A stretch of 64,000 nucleotides of DNA from an uncultured Gammaproteobacteria bacterium (GCA_964435515.1 CAYSZD010000004.1:11955-75954); one strand, 5' to 3'; counted from the stretch's first letter, positions 52,456 through 62,495 are shown. A program made the numbers and translations. The notes: generated by a model from the sequence alone, not told the origin.

Positions 52456-53153
52456 TTTCTATTATCATTCCTGTTTATAATCAAGCACAGAAGTTAAAAA
52501 AAACTTTAATTAGTATTGTTAATCAAACTCAGACAGATTGGGAATTAATTATTGTAAATGATGGATCTAAAGATAATCCAGAAACTATATTTACTGAGTT
52601 TAGTAAGACGGTAGAAGTAGCTAATAAATTTCTTTTTATCAATCAAGATAACCAAGGTGCACCGGCTGCTCGTAATCGAGGTCTAAAAGAAGCACATGGT
52701 GATTATATTTTATTTTGTGACGCTGATGCTGAGTTAAAGCCAGAAGCTTTAGAGTTATTACTTAAAGCCTTGGTGGACAATAGCCAAGCATCCTATGCTT
52801 ATTCTTCTTTTATGTGGGGTAATAAGTTATTTAAGGTAGGTCCATTTGATGCTGAAAAATTAAAACAAGGACCATATATTCATACCATGTCTCTTATTCG
52901 TCGCTCAGATTTACCAATTGGTGCTTGGGATGAAAAGATAAAGAAGTTTCAAGATTGGGATTTATGGTTAACAATGTTAGAGTCTGGTAAGACTGGTATT
53001 TGGATAAATCAAGTTTTATTTAAAATTGCCCCTGGGGGGACTATAAGTTCCTGGTTACCATCTTTTGCTTATCGCTTTTTTCCTTTTTTAAAAGCAGTAA
53101 AAAAATATAATGAGGCCATGGCTATCATTAAACAAAAACATGAATTACTTTAA
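52452..53153 (+). CDS. glycosyltransferase family 2
   Basis: ISIIIPVYNQ...ELIIVNDGSKD...FCDADA are the GT-A DxD-type motifs. Confidence 0.85.
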   Translation: MISIIIPVYNQAQKLKKTLISIVNQTQTDWELIIVNDGSKDNPETIFTEFSKTVEVANKFLFINQDNQGAPAARNRGLKEAHGDYILFCDADAELKPEALELLLKALVDNSQASYAYSSFMWGNKLFKVGPFDAEKLKQGPYIHTMSLIRRSDLPIGAWDEKIKKFQDWDLWLTMLESGKTGIWINQVLFKIAPGGTISSWLPSFAYRFFPFLKAVKKYNEAMAIIKQKHELL

Positions 53154-53613
53154 TAAATTAAAACAATTAAGTAGTAGGCAAAAAAGACTCATTAGAGTAT
53201 TATTGCTCATTTTATCCATTACTTTAATTCTTTATATAGTTCAGACAAGCAGAGAGTTAAAAACTGTTAAGATTGGTGATTGTTCCTTTAAGGCAGAGCT
53301 AGCTAATAGCAATGCTGAGCATTATAAAGGTTTATCTAATAGAAAAGATATGGATAATAATAGGGCTATGCTTTTTCTATTTCAAGATAAGCAAGACCGG
53401 AGTTTTGTGATGCGTGATATGCATTTCCCGCTCGATATTATTTTTATTAGCGACTCTAAAGTGGTGAACCTTTTTCATAATCTCACCCCAGAAGGTAGCG
53501 AACCAACACGTTCCTATGAGAGTGGGACGCCCGTCGAGGCAGTTTTAGAGATAAAGGGTGGTTTAAGCCGTTCTTGTAAAATTGGCGTAAGAACTGAAGT
53601 TAATTGGCAATAA
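53140..53613 (+). CDS. DUF192-domain protein
   Basis: TM anchor, then GLSNRKDMDNNRAMLFLF...MRDMHFPLDIIFI....V. The start at 53140 is preferred over 53110. Confidence 0.75.
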   Translation: MNYFNKLKQLSSRQKRLIRVLLLILSITLILYIVQTSRELKTVKIGDCSFKAELANSNAEHYKGLSNRKDMDNNRAMLFLFQDKQDRSFVMRDMHFPLDIIFISDSKVVNLFHNLTPEGSEPTRSYESGTPVEAVLEIKGGLSRSCKIGVRTEVNWQ

Positions 53614-53615
53614 TT

Positions 53616-55088
53616 ATGTTTAAATTTAAAATAAGCAATCCTCTAATATTTGCTAGTTTAATTCTATTACTATTAGAATCAATTTCCTTTTTAGCTTATT
53701 TTCTACCTGGCTTGCAGATATATCTTTTAGCCCTTGTCTTTATTATTGTTTTAATTGTTTCTTTATTTTCTTTAGAGAATGGTATCTTGATAATGATTAG
53801 CGAGTTAATTATTGGTTCTAAAGGACATTTATTGTCAGCTGATATTTTTGGCATTTCTTTGTCTTTGCGCTTAGTTATTTTTTTAGCCTTGATAATAGCT
53901 AGTGTGTATTACATTTACAGAAAGGGTTTGAAAAAAATCTATTATGAGAAGCTGCAATATTATAGCTTCTGGCCCTATATATTGTTATTAGCTTTTTTTA
54001 TTTTCTTGGCAACTATTAATGGATATTTTTTACATAATAGTTTAAATTATCTTTTTAATGATTTAAATGCTTGGTTTTTTATTGCTTTATTATTACCATT
54101 AAGTTTAGTTTATTTACCTCATAGTACGGATAAACAAAAATCTAGATTACTCAGTATATCAGCCATTTCTCTTATTTTCTTAAGTTTAAAAACTCTTTTT
54201 TTCCTTTTTGTATTTTCTCATAATTTGGCTTTTATGCCTGATTTATATTTATGGATTAGAAGAAGTGGAGTGGGTGAAATTACTGCTATGGGTGGTGGTT
54301 ATAATCGTATTTTTATTCAGTCTCAAGTTTATATTGCGATTGCTAGTTTTTTTGTTTTGTTTAAAGCAGTAAGGGAAAAGTCTCTATTTTATTTAGATAC
54401 AAGATATTTAGCATTACTAATTATTTTTCTGTCAGTGATTATTTTAAGCATGTCTAGAAGTTTTTGGTTAGCCATGGCCCTTACTGGACTTATTGGAGCA
54501 ATATTTATCTTTAGAAATAATTGGTGGGCTTATTTAAAAGCTTTTGCCTATATATCTGTAGCCTTGATATTTGCTATTTCAATCATATATTTAATTGTTA
54601 AATTTCCTTACCCTAAAAGCCAGGATGTTTCTTTGGGTGCTTTAAGTGAAAGACTGGTAGTTAATAGTGATGAAGCGGCAGCCGCTTCTAGATGGGCTCT
54701 TTTACCAGCACTATGGCAGAGAGTAAAAGAAAGACCTATTACGGGTAGCGGCTTTGGGGCAACGGTAAGTTATTATTCAAAGGATCCAAGAGTTTTAGAA
54801 AATAATCCTGATGGATTATATACTAGTTATGCTTTTGAATGGGCCTATCTTGACACAGCTTTAAAGTTGGGTCTATTTGGTTTTATATTATATATTATGT
54901 TGTTAGTTAAAATATTATATAGTTTATGGCGTAATAGTTTAAAAACGGATAGCTATCTATTATTAGCCCTAGCGGTCGGCTTATTATTTTTAATGATAGT
55001 AAACATCTTTACTCCCTATTTAAACCATCCTCTTGGCTTAGCTTTCTTATTACTAAGCTCTTGTTTTGTTAGAAAAAATTCTATATAA
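53616..55088 (+). CDS. O-antigen ligase/polymerase-like membrane protein
   Basis: ~12 TM helices with a loop containing SRSFWLA... and GSGFGATV...AFEWAYLDTALKLGLFG (Wzy_C-like). The ATG at 53616 is preferred over the TTG at 53604. Confidence 0.7.
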   Translation: MFKFKISNPLIFASLILLLLESISFLAYFLPGLQIYLLALVFIIVLIVSLFSLENGILIMISELIIGSKGHLLSADIFGISLSLRLVIFLALIIASVYYIYRKGLKKIYYEKLQYYSFWPYILLLAFFIFLATINGYFLHNSLNYLFNDLNAWFFIALLLPLSLVYLPHSTDKQKSRLLSISAISLIFLSLKTLFFLFVFSHNLAFMPDLYLWIRRSGVGEITAMGGGYNRIFIQSQVYIAIASFFVLFKAVREKSLFYLDTRYLALLIIFLSVIILSMSRSFWLAMALTGLIGAIFIFRNNWWAYLKAFAYISVALIFAISIIYLIVKFPYPKSQDVSLGALSERLVVNSDEAAAASRWALLPALWQRVKERPITGSGFGATVSYYSKDPRVLENNPDGLYTSYAFEWAYLDTALKLGLFGFILYIMLLVKILYSLWRNSLKTDSYLLLALAVGLLFLMIVNIFTPYLNHPLGLAFLLLSSCFVRKNSI

Positions 55089-55150
55089 TATATACTAATT
55101 GTTGCGTTTTAAGCTTTGTCAAAAGCTGACGCTTAATAAAATAAATATTT

Positions 55151-55609
55151 ATGTCTGAGCAAATCATCACTCAAGAAGGCTATAACAAGCTTACAGCCGA
55201 ATTAAATCATCTAACCACAATTAAACGTCGTGAAATAGCAGAAAGAATAGAAAGAGCAAAAGAATTAGGGGATTTAAGTGAAAACGCTGAATACAGTGAG
55301 GCTAAAGATGCTCAAGGGCTAAATGAAGGTAGAATATTGGAATTAACCAATACTCTAAAAAATGTAACTTTAGTGGATAGTCGTTGTGCTAAAGATGAAG
55401 TTTGCATGGGTTCAGTGGTAACTGTAAAAAGTGATGACAAAGAAAAAAGTTATAAAATTGTGAGTTTCAATGAAGCTGATCCTTTAAATGGCATGATTTC
55501 CAATGAATCACCTTTAGGATTAGCTTTTTTAAGTAAGAAAAAGGGAGAAACTGTTAAAGTTGAGACACCTAAAGGAGTGGTAGAATATAAGATTGTTAAA
55601 GTAAATTAA
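55151..55609 (+). CDS. greA: transcription elongation factor GreA
   Basis: ITQEGYNKL..EL..L....R.EIAERIERAKELGDLSENAEYSEAKD is the coiled-coil, followed by the C-terminal FKBP-like domain. Confidence 0.9.
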   Translation: MSEQIITQEGYNKLTAELNHLTTIKRREIAERIERAKELGDLSENAEYSEAKDAQGLNEGRILELTNTLKNVTLVDSRCAKDEVCMGSVVTVKSDDKEKSYKIVSFNEADPLNGMISNESPLGLAFLSKKKGETVKVETPKGVVEYKIVKVN

Positions 55610-55625
55610 TTATTCATATATCAAT

Positions 55626-57143
55626 ATGGACACAAATACTAAAGCGCCAGGAAATGAAAGGGAAGAGCGCTTATGTAAATTAGACTTGCTTAAAGAAAAA
55701 GGAATTAACCCATATCCAGCTTCTTGTAATAGGACTCATCAAATTATTGAAGTTATTGAAGCTTTTGATTCCTTGCTAGAGCAAGAAAAACAAGTTATTG
55801 TAGCTGGTCGTATCCGTGGCTTACGTAGTCATGGTAATTTGAGTTTTATTGATTTAGAAGATTCATCCGGAAGATTACAATTAGCCTTTTCAAAAAAAGA
55901 ATTAGGAGATGAAAAATATAAACTATTGGTAAAATTAATTGATAGTGCTGATTTTATTGAAGCTAGTGGTAAATTATTTTTAAGTAATCAAGGAGCTAAA
56001 ACTCTTATGGCCTCTGATTGGCAATTACTGAGCAAGGCAATTGCTCCAATTCCTGATGCTTGGTACGGTCTAAAGGATGAAGATGAAAGATATCGTAAAC
56101 GTTATTTAGACCTATTATTAAACCCAGAATTAAGAGAAATCTTTATAAAAAAGGCTCTATTTTGGGAAGTAGCTAGAGATTTCATGAAAAAGAGAGGCTT
56201 TTTTGAGGTAGAAACCCCAACTATTGAAACAACTACCGGTGGAGCTGAGGCTAATCCTTTTAAAACCAAACATAATGACTATGATTTAGATGTATATTTA
56301 CGCATATCTGTTGGTGAATTATGGCAGAAAAGATTGATGGCAGCTGGTTTTGAAAAAGTTTTTGAAATAGGACGTGTATATAGAAATGAAGGTTCTAGTC
56401 CTGATCATTTGCAAGAATTTACCAACTTAGAATTCTATTGGGCCTATGCTGATTACAATGATGGTATGGCTTTAGCTCAAGAACTATATCAAGAGATTGC
56501 TCAGAGAGTTTTTACTAAAACTAATTTTGTGAGCAAGGGAATGGAATATGATTTAGCGGGCGAGTGGCCAAAAATTGATTATCAAACAGAGATATTAAAG
56601 CAAACTGGTATAGACGTCTTAAAAGCTAGTGAGACAGAAATGAAGGCTAAATTAGCAGAATTAAAGGTGAAATATGAAGGGGATAATAGAGAAAGATTGA
56701 TGGATACTTTATGGAAATATTGTCGTAAAAGTATTGCTGGTCCAGCTTTTTTAATTAATCATCCTAAGATAGTTTCTCCTCTTTCTAAGGCTAAAACAGA
56801 TAATTTAGAGCTAACCGAACGTTTTCAGATTATTATTGCTGGCAGTGAGGTGGGTAATGGTTTTTCTGAGTTAAATGATCCAATTGATCAAAGACAACGT
56901 TTTGAATTACAACAAAAATTAATTGATAAAGGAGATAAAGAGGCAATGATGCCTGATTGGGAATTTGTAGAAATGCTAGAACATGGCATGCCGCCTACTT
57001 GTGGTTTTGGTTTTGGTGAAAGACTTTTTGCTTTTATGGTTGATAAACCTGTTAGAGAAACGACTCTTTTTCCATTGATGAGGCCTAAGATAGCAGAAAA
57101 GAAAGATATTAAAGTAAAAAAGGATAATAAACTTGAAAAATAA
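55626..57143 (+). CDS. lysS: lysine--tRNA ligase, class II
   Basis: OB anticodon-binding domain, then class II motifs (FFEVETP, YLRISVGELWQKRL, FEIGRVYRNEG, GFGFGERL). Confidence 0.95.
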   Translation: MDTNTKAPGNEREERLCKLDLLKEKGINPYPASCNRTHQIIEVIEAFDSLLEQEKQVIVAGRIRGLRSHGNLSFIDLEDSSGRLQLAFSKKELGDEKYKLLVKLIDSADFIEASGKLFLSNQGAKTLMASDWQLLSKAIAPIPDAWYGLKDEDERYRKRYLDLLLNPELREIFIKKALFWEVARDFMKKRGFFEVETPTIETTTGGAEANPFKTKHNDYDLDVYLRISVGELWQKRLMAAGFEKVFEIGRVYRNEGSSPDHLQEFTNLEFYWAYADYNDGMALAQELYQEIAQRVFTKTNFVSKGMEYDLAGEWPKIDYQTEILKQTGIDVLKASETEMKAKLAELKVKYEGDNRERLMDTLWKYCRKSIAGPAFLINHPKIVSPLSKAKTDNLELTERFQIIIAGSEVGNGFSELNDPIDQRQRFELQQKLIDKGDKEAMMPDWEFVEMLEHGMPPTCGFGFGERLFAFMVDKPVRETTLFPLMRPKIAEKKDIKVKKDNKLEK

Positions 57144-57193
57144 TATAGTCTTTATTATAATAGCGATAGTCAATTCAGGCTATAAGCTATAAT

Positions 57194-57264
57194 TCGGGGA
57201 TCGTCTAACGGTAGGACTCCAGGTTCTGGTCCTGGCTATCGGGGTTCGAGTCCCTGTCCCCGAG
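57194..57264 (+). tRNA. tRNA-Gln (anticodon CTG)
   Basis: Acceptor TCGGGGA/TCCCCGA, 3-bp D stem, anticodon stem CCAGG/CCTGG with loop TT-CTG-GT, T arm CGGGG-TTCGAGT-CCCTG. CCA is not encoded. Confidence 0.85.
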
Positions 57265-57276
57265 CATCGATGAACT

Positions 57277-57301
57277 AACAGGTTGTAAAAGGCCTGTTTT
57301 T
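57277..57301 (+). terminator. rho-independent terminator after tRNA-Gln
   Basis: AACAGG / CCTGTT stem followed by TTTT. Confidence 0.7.
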
Positions 57302-57330
57302 GATTGTAAGATATGGTATAATTTATCTAT

Positions 57331-57807
57331 ATGAATAAAGCACAAAAAATAGGAATTAGCTTTGGATTAACTTCGGCAACAATTACAACCTTAGGTTTAA
57401 TGATTGGCTTAGGGGTTAGTACTGGATCTAAGATAGCAGTCACTGCCGGTATTTTAACTATTGCTATTGCGGATGCTTTTTCTGATGCTTTTGGAGTACA
57501 TTTAGCTAAAGAATCTGAAGGTAATTTTAGTAATAAAGAATTATTAGAGGCTACTATTTCAACTTTTTTATATAAATTTATTTTTGCTCTTACATTTCTT
57601 ATACCCGTTCTTTTCTTATCTATGCGCTCAGCTATTTATGTAGCCATTATTTGGAGCATAGTTGTTTTAGTTGCTTTAAATTATCATATTGCTAAATCTA
57701 ATAATAAACGACCAGGCCCGATTATTTTAGAACATGGCCTAATTGCTATAATAGTCATTTTCCTTAGTTGGGGTGCCGGACTATTAATTTATCATTTATT
57801 TATCTAA
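57331..57807 (+). CDS. small 4-5 TM membrane protein (weak VIT1/CCC1-like resemblance)
   Basis: 158-aa hydrophobic ORF. GLTSATITTLGLMIGL and IADAFSDAFGVHLAKESE are reminiscent of VIT-family helices. The family call is tentative. Confidence 0.5.
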   Translation: MNKAQKIGISFGLTSATITTLGLMIGLGVSTGSKIAVTAGILTIAIADAFSDAFGVHLAKESEGNFSNKELLEATISTFLYKFIFALTFLIPVLFLSMRSAIYVAIIWSIVVLVALNYHIAKSNNKRPGPIILEHGLIAIIVIFLSWGAGLLIYHLFI

Positions 57808-57934
57808 AGGCGCTTCATTATTATTGGATATTAATTAAAGTATTTAAATATTAATTTTGATATAAAAATAATAATTTAAAAATATGTCTAATCTGTTTAA
57901 CAAAATTCTACAATTTAAAATCTGTAAAGCTGAA

Positions 57935-58123
57935 ATGAATTACAAAAAGTTGAACTTCAAACATTGAAAAAGACCATCTTTAAAGAAAATAGTTATATTT
58001 TTAGTTATTTTAGCTATCTTTTTAGCAGCCTGTATTACCCTTAAAGATGAATATGAATATCAATTTGGAGACTATTATGATTACTATGCTTATAGCGAAG
58101 ATGATAATTCAGGTTGTAATGTT
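57935..58123 (+). other. disrupted 5' region of sppA (signal-anchor encoded in a different frame)
   Basis: ATG 57935 reads MNYKKLNFNIEK and then stops. The TM helix KKIVIFLVILAIF is in the -1 frame between A5 (57966-57970) and T6 (58018-58023). LAACITLKDEYEY... continues in the sppA frame. Confidence 0.55.
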
Positions 58124-58813
58124 TTGGGGATTGAATTACACGGTGACATAGTTACTTACACAATTCCTGATTATGAAGATGCTGACGGATATCCTTTGAG
58201 AGATGAAACATCTTCAGAATATATTATTTCCGCTATTATGGAAGCTGAGGCTAATGATAATATTAAAGGAATTATATTAGAGATTGATTCTTATGGTGGC
58301 TCACCAGTTGCTTCTAATGAAATTAATCAAGCCTTACATCAAAATACTACTAAGCCAGTGATGGTGTTAGTGCGCACAGCTGCCACCTCTGGCGCCTATG
58401 TGGCTGCTGTAGCTGCTGATACTATCTTTGCTTCACCTTATTCAGATATTGGTGGTATTGGCGTTACAATGTCCTACCTTGATTATACCAAGCAAAACGC
58501 TGAAGCAGGTTTAACTTATAATTCACTGAGCGCAGGGAAGTATAAAGATTATGGAGATCCTGATAAAGCTTTAAGCAATGAGGAAAAAGCTCTTATAATG
58601 AGAGATTTAAATATTATTCATAATGGTATTATTGAAACTATTGCCACTGATCGCAATTTAGAAATTACTAAAGTCAGGGAATTGGCTGACGGTTCATCAA
58701 TGCCTGGTCAGATGGCTAAAGATAATGGGCTAATTGATGAAATTGGTGGTATTAATGAAGTAGAGAAGTATTTACAAGATAAGATTGGTGAAGATGTTAT
58801 AAAATGTTGGTGA
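58124..58813 (+). CDS. sppA: signal peptide peptidase SppA, 36K type (S49), as callable ORF
   Basis: IKGIILEIDSYGGSPVAS, AATSGAYVAAVAADTIFA and GGIGV are S49 motifs. The TTG start at 58124 is only the first start codon after an in-frame stop. See the disrupted 5' region. Confidence 0.8.
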   Translation: MGIELHGDIVTYTIPDYEDADGYPLRDETSSEYIISAIMEAEANDNIKGIILEIDSYGGSPVASNEINQALHQNTTKPVMVLVRTAATSGAYVAAVAADTIFASPYSDIGGIGVTMSYLDYTKQNAEAGLTYNSLSAGKYKDYGDPDKALSNEEKALIMRDLNIIHNGIIETIATDRNLEITKVRELADGSSMPGQMAKDNGLIDEIGGINEVEKYLQDKIGEDVIKCW

Positions 58814-58836
58814 TATTTAAGTTATAATAATTCTAT

Positions 58837-58935
58837 ATGAAAAAAGATATTATAAAAGAAATAATTGATAATAAGCTATTATATATTTCACCAAATATTA
58901 ATGAAGCAGATTGGGTTTTATTAAAAAATAAATAA
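58837..58935 (+). CDS. candidate 32-aa upstream ORF before the GH3 gene
   Basis: ATG 58837 to TAA 58933-58935. Translation: MKKDIIKEIIDNKLLYISPNINEADWVLLKNK. Its stop is 3 nt before the GH3 ATG. Confidence 0.2.
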   Translation: MKKDIIKEIIDNKLLYISPNINEADWVLLKNK

Positions 58936-58938
58936 TCT

Positions 58939-60759
58939 ATGAAATACTATCATCTCTTAATTGTAATTTTTATTTTCTTTACTCTTTTATATTTTTTTGG
59001 TATTAGGGAAAAAAAGACAGACTTAGTTGAAATTTGTCAGAATCGTGATATCAATAGATGTGAAATTAGTAATTTAGATTATAATAATGCCAGTCTACCT
59101 ATAGAAGAAAGAGTGGATGATTTAATTAAACGAATGACCCGAGAAGAAAAAATTGGACAGATGATGCTCATTGAAAGAAAAAGTCTCAAAAGTGAAAATG
59201 ATATTGCGGCATATGGACTAGGAGGACTATTGAGTGGTATGGGCTCTAAGCCACCACGCAATACAGCTGAAGCTTGGTTAGCAATGACGAGAGAATATGA
59301 TCGCATTAGTCGTACTAGCAGGCTAGGAATACCTATTCTTTATGGAGTTGATGCCATTCATGGTCATGCTAATTTAAGTAGTGCCACTGTTTTTCCTCAC
59401 TTTATTGGCCTAGGAGCTAGTCATGATAGTGATTTAGTAAAAAGAGTCGCTTTAGCCACAACTGAAGAATTAGCAGACAGCGGCATTTATTGGAATTTTT
59501 CTCCTAATTTAGATATTTTAGGTGATAAGAGGTGGGGAAGATTTTTTGAATCATTTGGAGATAGTCCAGAATTAGTAGCTGAACTAGGAATTGCCTATCT
59601 AGATGGTATATCTGCATATAACTCCAGCTCATATCATCCGATTGGTACCGCTAAACATTTTATTGGGGCTGGAGCAATGGAGTGGGGAAGCTCATATAAT
59701 AAGAATTTTGAGATTGATCAAGGAGAATCAAATATGAGCTTAGAAGAATTACGCAATCGACATTTAGTTCCATTTAAGGCGGCAGTAGAGGCTGGCGTAT
59801 CTACAGTTATGATTGGCCTTAATAGCTGGGAAAATCAAAAACTATCAGCTAATAAATATTTAATTAGCGATGTATTAAAAGAAGAGTTAGGCTTTAAAGG
59901 TTTTGTTGTATCTGACTGGTACGGTGTGTATGAAATTGAAGATAATAAATATAAATCTACTGTTAGCGCTATCAATGCTGGTATTGATATGGTGATGCTA
60001 CCATTTGAATACGAAAGATTTATGAATGATATGCTTCTAGCCCTTAAAAATGGAGACATTAGCGAAGAAAGGTTAGATGATGCAGTTAGCAGAATATTAA
60101 GAGTAAAATTTCAAATTGGATTATTTGAGAAAATTGACTATTATCCTGAATTTCAACAAGATATAGGTTCAGATGAACATCGCACTTTAGCTCGGGAAGC
60201 TGTTAGTAAATCGGTAGTAGTACTCAAAGATGATGAACAATTAATACCAATCTCTCCTCAAACTAAAAAAATATACCTTGCTGGCAATGCTGCTGATAAT
60301 TTAGGCATGCAATTAGGTGGCTGGTCAGTAGAGTGGCAAGGGATAGATGGCAACTGGACCCCAGGCACAACTATTTTAGCTGGCATTAAAGAAGTAATTT
60401 CCCCTAACACTAACTTAATATATGAAAAAGAAGGAAACTTTAATAAAAATCAAGGACTAGCTGATATAGGCATTATGGTTATTGGAGAAAAACCCTATGC
60501 TGAAGGTTGGGGAGATAAAGAAGATTTAATTTTAGATAAAAAAGACTTAGCAATTATTGAAAAATTAAAGAAAAATTCTAGAAAAATTATTGTTATTATT
60601 ATTTCTGGTCGTCCATTAGATATAAAAGATGAGCTAAATAATTGGGACGCTACACTAGCTGCTTGGCTCCCCGGAAGCGAGGGAACAGGTATAGCAGATA
60701 TTATTTTTGGACTTCAGCCAGTTACAGCAACACTACCCGTTAATTGGGATATAAATTAA
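58939..60759 (+). CDS. glycoside hydrolase family 3 (beta-glucosidase/beta-hexosaminidase-like), membrane-anchored
   Basis: TM anchor, then EEKIGQMMLIE, DAIHGHA, KHFIGAG, GFVVSDW (nucleophile Asp) and a C-terminal alpha/beta sandwich domain. Confidence 0.85.
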   Translation: MKYYHLLIVIFIFFTLLYFFGIREKKTDLVEICQNRDINRCEISNLDYNNASLPIEERVDDLIKRMTREEKIGQMMLIERKSLKSENDIAAYGLGGLLSGMGSKPPRNTAEAWLAMTREYDRISRTSRLGIPILYGVDAIHGHANLSSATVFPHFIGLGASHDSDLVKRVALATTEELADSGIYWNFSPNLDILGDKRWGRFFESFGDSPELVAELGIAYLDGISAYNSSSYHPIGTAKHFIGAGAMEWGSSYNKNFEIDQGESNMSLEELRNRHLVPFKAAVEAGVSTVMIGLNSWENQKLSANKYLISDVLKEELGFKGFVVSDWYGVYEIEDNKYKSTVSAINAGIDMVMLPFEYERFMNDMLLALKNGDISEERLDDAVSRILRVKFQIGLFEKIDYYPEFQQDIGSDEHRTLAREAVSKSVVVLKDDEQLIPISPQTKKIYLAGNAADNLGMQLGGWSVEWQGIDGNWTPGTTILAGIKEVISPNTNLIYEKEGNFNKNQGLADIGIMVIGEKPYAEGWGDKEDLILDKKDLAIIEKLKKNSRKIIVIIISGRPLDIKDELNNWDATLAAWLPGSEGTGIADIIFGLQPVTATLPVNWDIN

Positions 60760-60770
60760 ATATAAATTAT

Positions 60771-61400
60771 ATGAATCGTTTTAAAAAAATCTTAATCCTA
60801 ATTTTATTATCCTTAGTTGTCTTAGTTGCTATTTTCTTCTATGGTCGCTATCTGGGAAAGAAAACGGAATTGACAAAAGCACAACTGCCAGTTATTACTT
60901 CCCAAACAATTCTAGAGCGTATTACTGATCAATATTTTTTAGTCACAAAAACAGTTTTTATTGATAGTAGAGCAGAGATTGAAACAGCTAAAAATAATAA
61001 TTGGACCGATTTATTTACTGGTAAAAAAATGACTGTATCTGGATTAGTTAGAATTGACGTTGGGCTAGAAATGAAAAACATGAAGACAGAGAATATCCTC
61101 ATTGATGCTCGTAATAAAACAGTTACTATTTCATTACCTCAAGCTGAGATTTTAGATGCTTCTTTGTCAGGAGAATTAAATATTGATGAAGATAAGGCAG
61201 TAGTAGAGAAATTGAAAGATATCTTTAAAGATAGTCAAAATGATGACTATAATCTAGCCATGCAAACTATTATTACTAACGCTAAATCGCAAGTAATTGC
61301 TGATGAAAGTATTTTTCAAGAAGCTAAGGCAGATTCAATAAAATTAGTAGAACTGATTGTCTCTAGCATGCTTCAAGATTATGAGATAATTATTAAATAA
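60771..61400 (+). CDS. DUF4230-like membrane-anchored protein
   Basis: MNRFKKILILILLSLVVLVAIFFY is the anchor. The body pattern (YFLVTKTVFIDS...GLVRIDVGLEMKN...KTVTISLPQAEIL) resembles DUF4230. Confidence 0.65.
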   Translation: MNRFKKILILILLSLVVLVAIFFYGRYLGKKTELTKAQLPVITSQTILERITDQYFLVTKTVFIDSRAEIETAKNNNWTDLFTGKKMTVSGLVRIDVGLEMKNMKTENILIDARNKTVTISLPQAEILDASLSGELNIDEDKAVVEKLKDIFKDSQNDDYNLAMQTIITNAKSQVIADESIFQEAKADSIKLVELIVSSMLQDYEIIIK

Positions 61401-61410
61401 TAATTAATAT

Positions 61411-62061
61411 ATGAAATTTGAACAAGTGGATCAATCCCTATTAGCTAATAAAATTAAAGAAGAATCAACGGTGGTGCAAAATATTTTATCAGGTAAATTT
61501 ATAGTTGAATTTATTTCTGAAAATTTAGATAAAGATGAATTTAAAGATTCTAATCATTTGGCCAATTGCTATAATTACAAACTAACTATACCCAGCCCTA
61601 ATGATGATAGTAAAAAATGGGAAACGACTATTTCCATATATCATCCAACGAAGAATAATGTAAGTTTTGAAAAAGTACCTGATTTTAGAATAAAAATACT
61701 AACCGGACAGGGAGAAATGGAATTAACTAAAGATATCAAAATTAGAGAAATGATTTTTAAAAAAATAGCAGAGCAAATAAATATTCAAAATGATATTAAA
61801 AATGAATACATTCCCCAGAGACACTTTTCTTTTGATGGTTTTTTAGAAATCATTGAATATTTGGAAGATCATAAAGAGGCTACAGAAATCCCTGCTCATC
61901 TTTGGGTAGCCAGGAAAAAAGCTATTGCGGTTGATAATAAACTCTGGATTTTAATGAAGGATACTTTAGAAAATTTTAAACATACAATCTATCGTGATGG
62001 CGGAGAAAATGAATTTCAACAATTATATAATAGAGTTAAACAAGTTAATCCTGATTTTTAA
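61411..62061 (+). CDS. hypothetical cytoplasmic protein (216 aa)
   Basis: Intact ORF 10 nt after the previous stop. No family recognised. Confidence 0.5.
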   Translation: MKFEQVDQSLLANKIKEESTVVQNILSGKFIVEFISENLDKDEFKDSNHLANCYNYKLTIPSPNDDSKKWETTISIYHPTKNNVSFEKVPDFRIKILTGQGEMELTKDIKIREMIFKKIAEQINIQNDIKNEYIPQRHFSFDGFLEIIEYLEDHKEATEIPAHLWVARKKAIAVDNKLWILMKDTLENFKHTIYRDGGENEFQQLYNRVKQVNPDF

Positions 62062-62099
62062 AAAACTATTACCATATTTTTATTATTAACTCAATGTAT

Positions 62100-62495
62100 A
62101 TGAAAGAAAAAAAAATTAAAATAATATTGGCCACTATTTTTGTTATTATTGTCGCCATTGTCAGCTTCTATTATTTACAATCAAAATCAAGAGCCATTAA
62201 TTACAATACTAAGGACAACAGTCTTGAAGCTAAGGTTAACGCAATGAATCAAGCAGGAACAGAAGAAATAAACAAGGAGGTTGTTGCAACTTATATTAGA
62301 GATCATATCAGCACCCTCTCTCCAGAGGAAGCTGTATTAGGTGGTACTTTTTACGTGACTAAGATTAATTTTATTGATGATAATTCAGCTATTGTGAGTT
62401 ATGAAGATGGGCATATCGCCCTAGAAGCCAAAGCTATCTTTTATATTAATGAAGACCAAGTATTTATTGATTCGTTTGAATTACTAAAAGAATAG
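62100..62495 (+). CDS. membrane-anchored small protein, unknown function
   Basis: MKEKKIKIILATIFVIIVAIVSFYYL is the anchor, followed by a 100-aa soluble domain. Confidence 0.5.
   Translation: MKEKKIKIILATIFVIIVAIVSFYYLQSKSRAINYNTKDNSLEAKVNAMNQAGTEEINKEVVATYIRDHISTLSPEEAVLGGTFYVTKINFIDDNSAIVSYEDGHIALEAKAIFYINEDQVFIDSFELLKE

Noticed and set aside
34947-60059. Other short overlapping track ORFs: 34947-35213(-), 37023-37259(-), 39639-39827(-), 41011-41202(-), 41218-41418(-), 42833-43105(+), 49079-49303(+), 50820-51113(-), 52272-52484(-), 56976-57173(-), 59079-59306(-), 59835-60059(-).
   Set aside because: Each is antisense to, or out of frame with, a well-supported gene (dnaE, FBA, prfA, flippase, GT4, lysS, GH3 and others) or spans a terminator. 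None has SD or promoter support.
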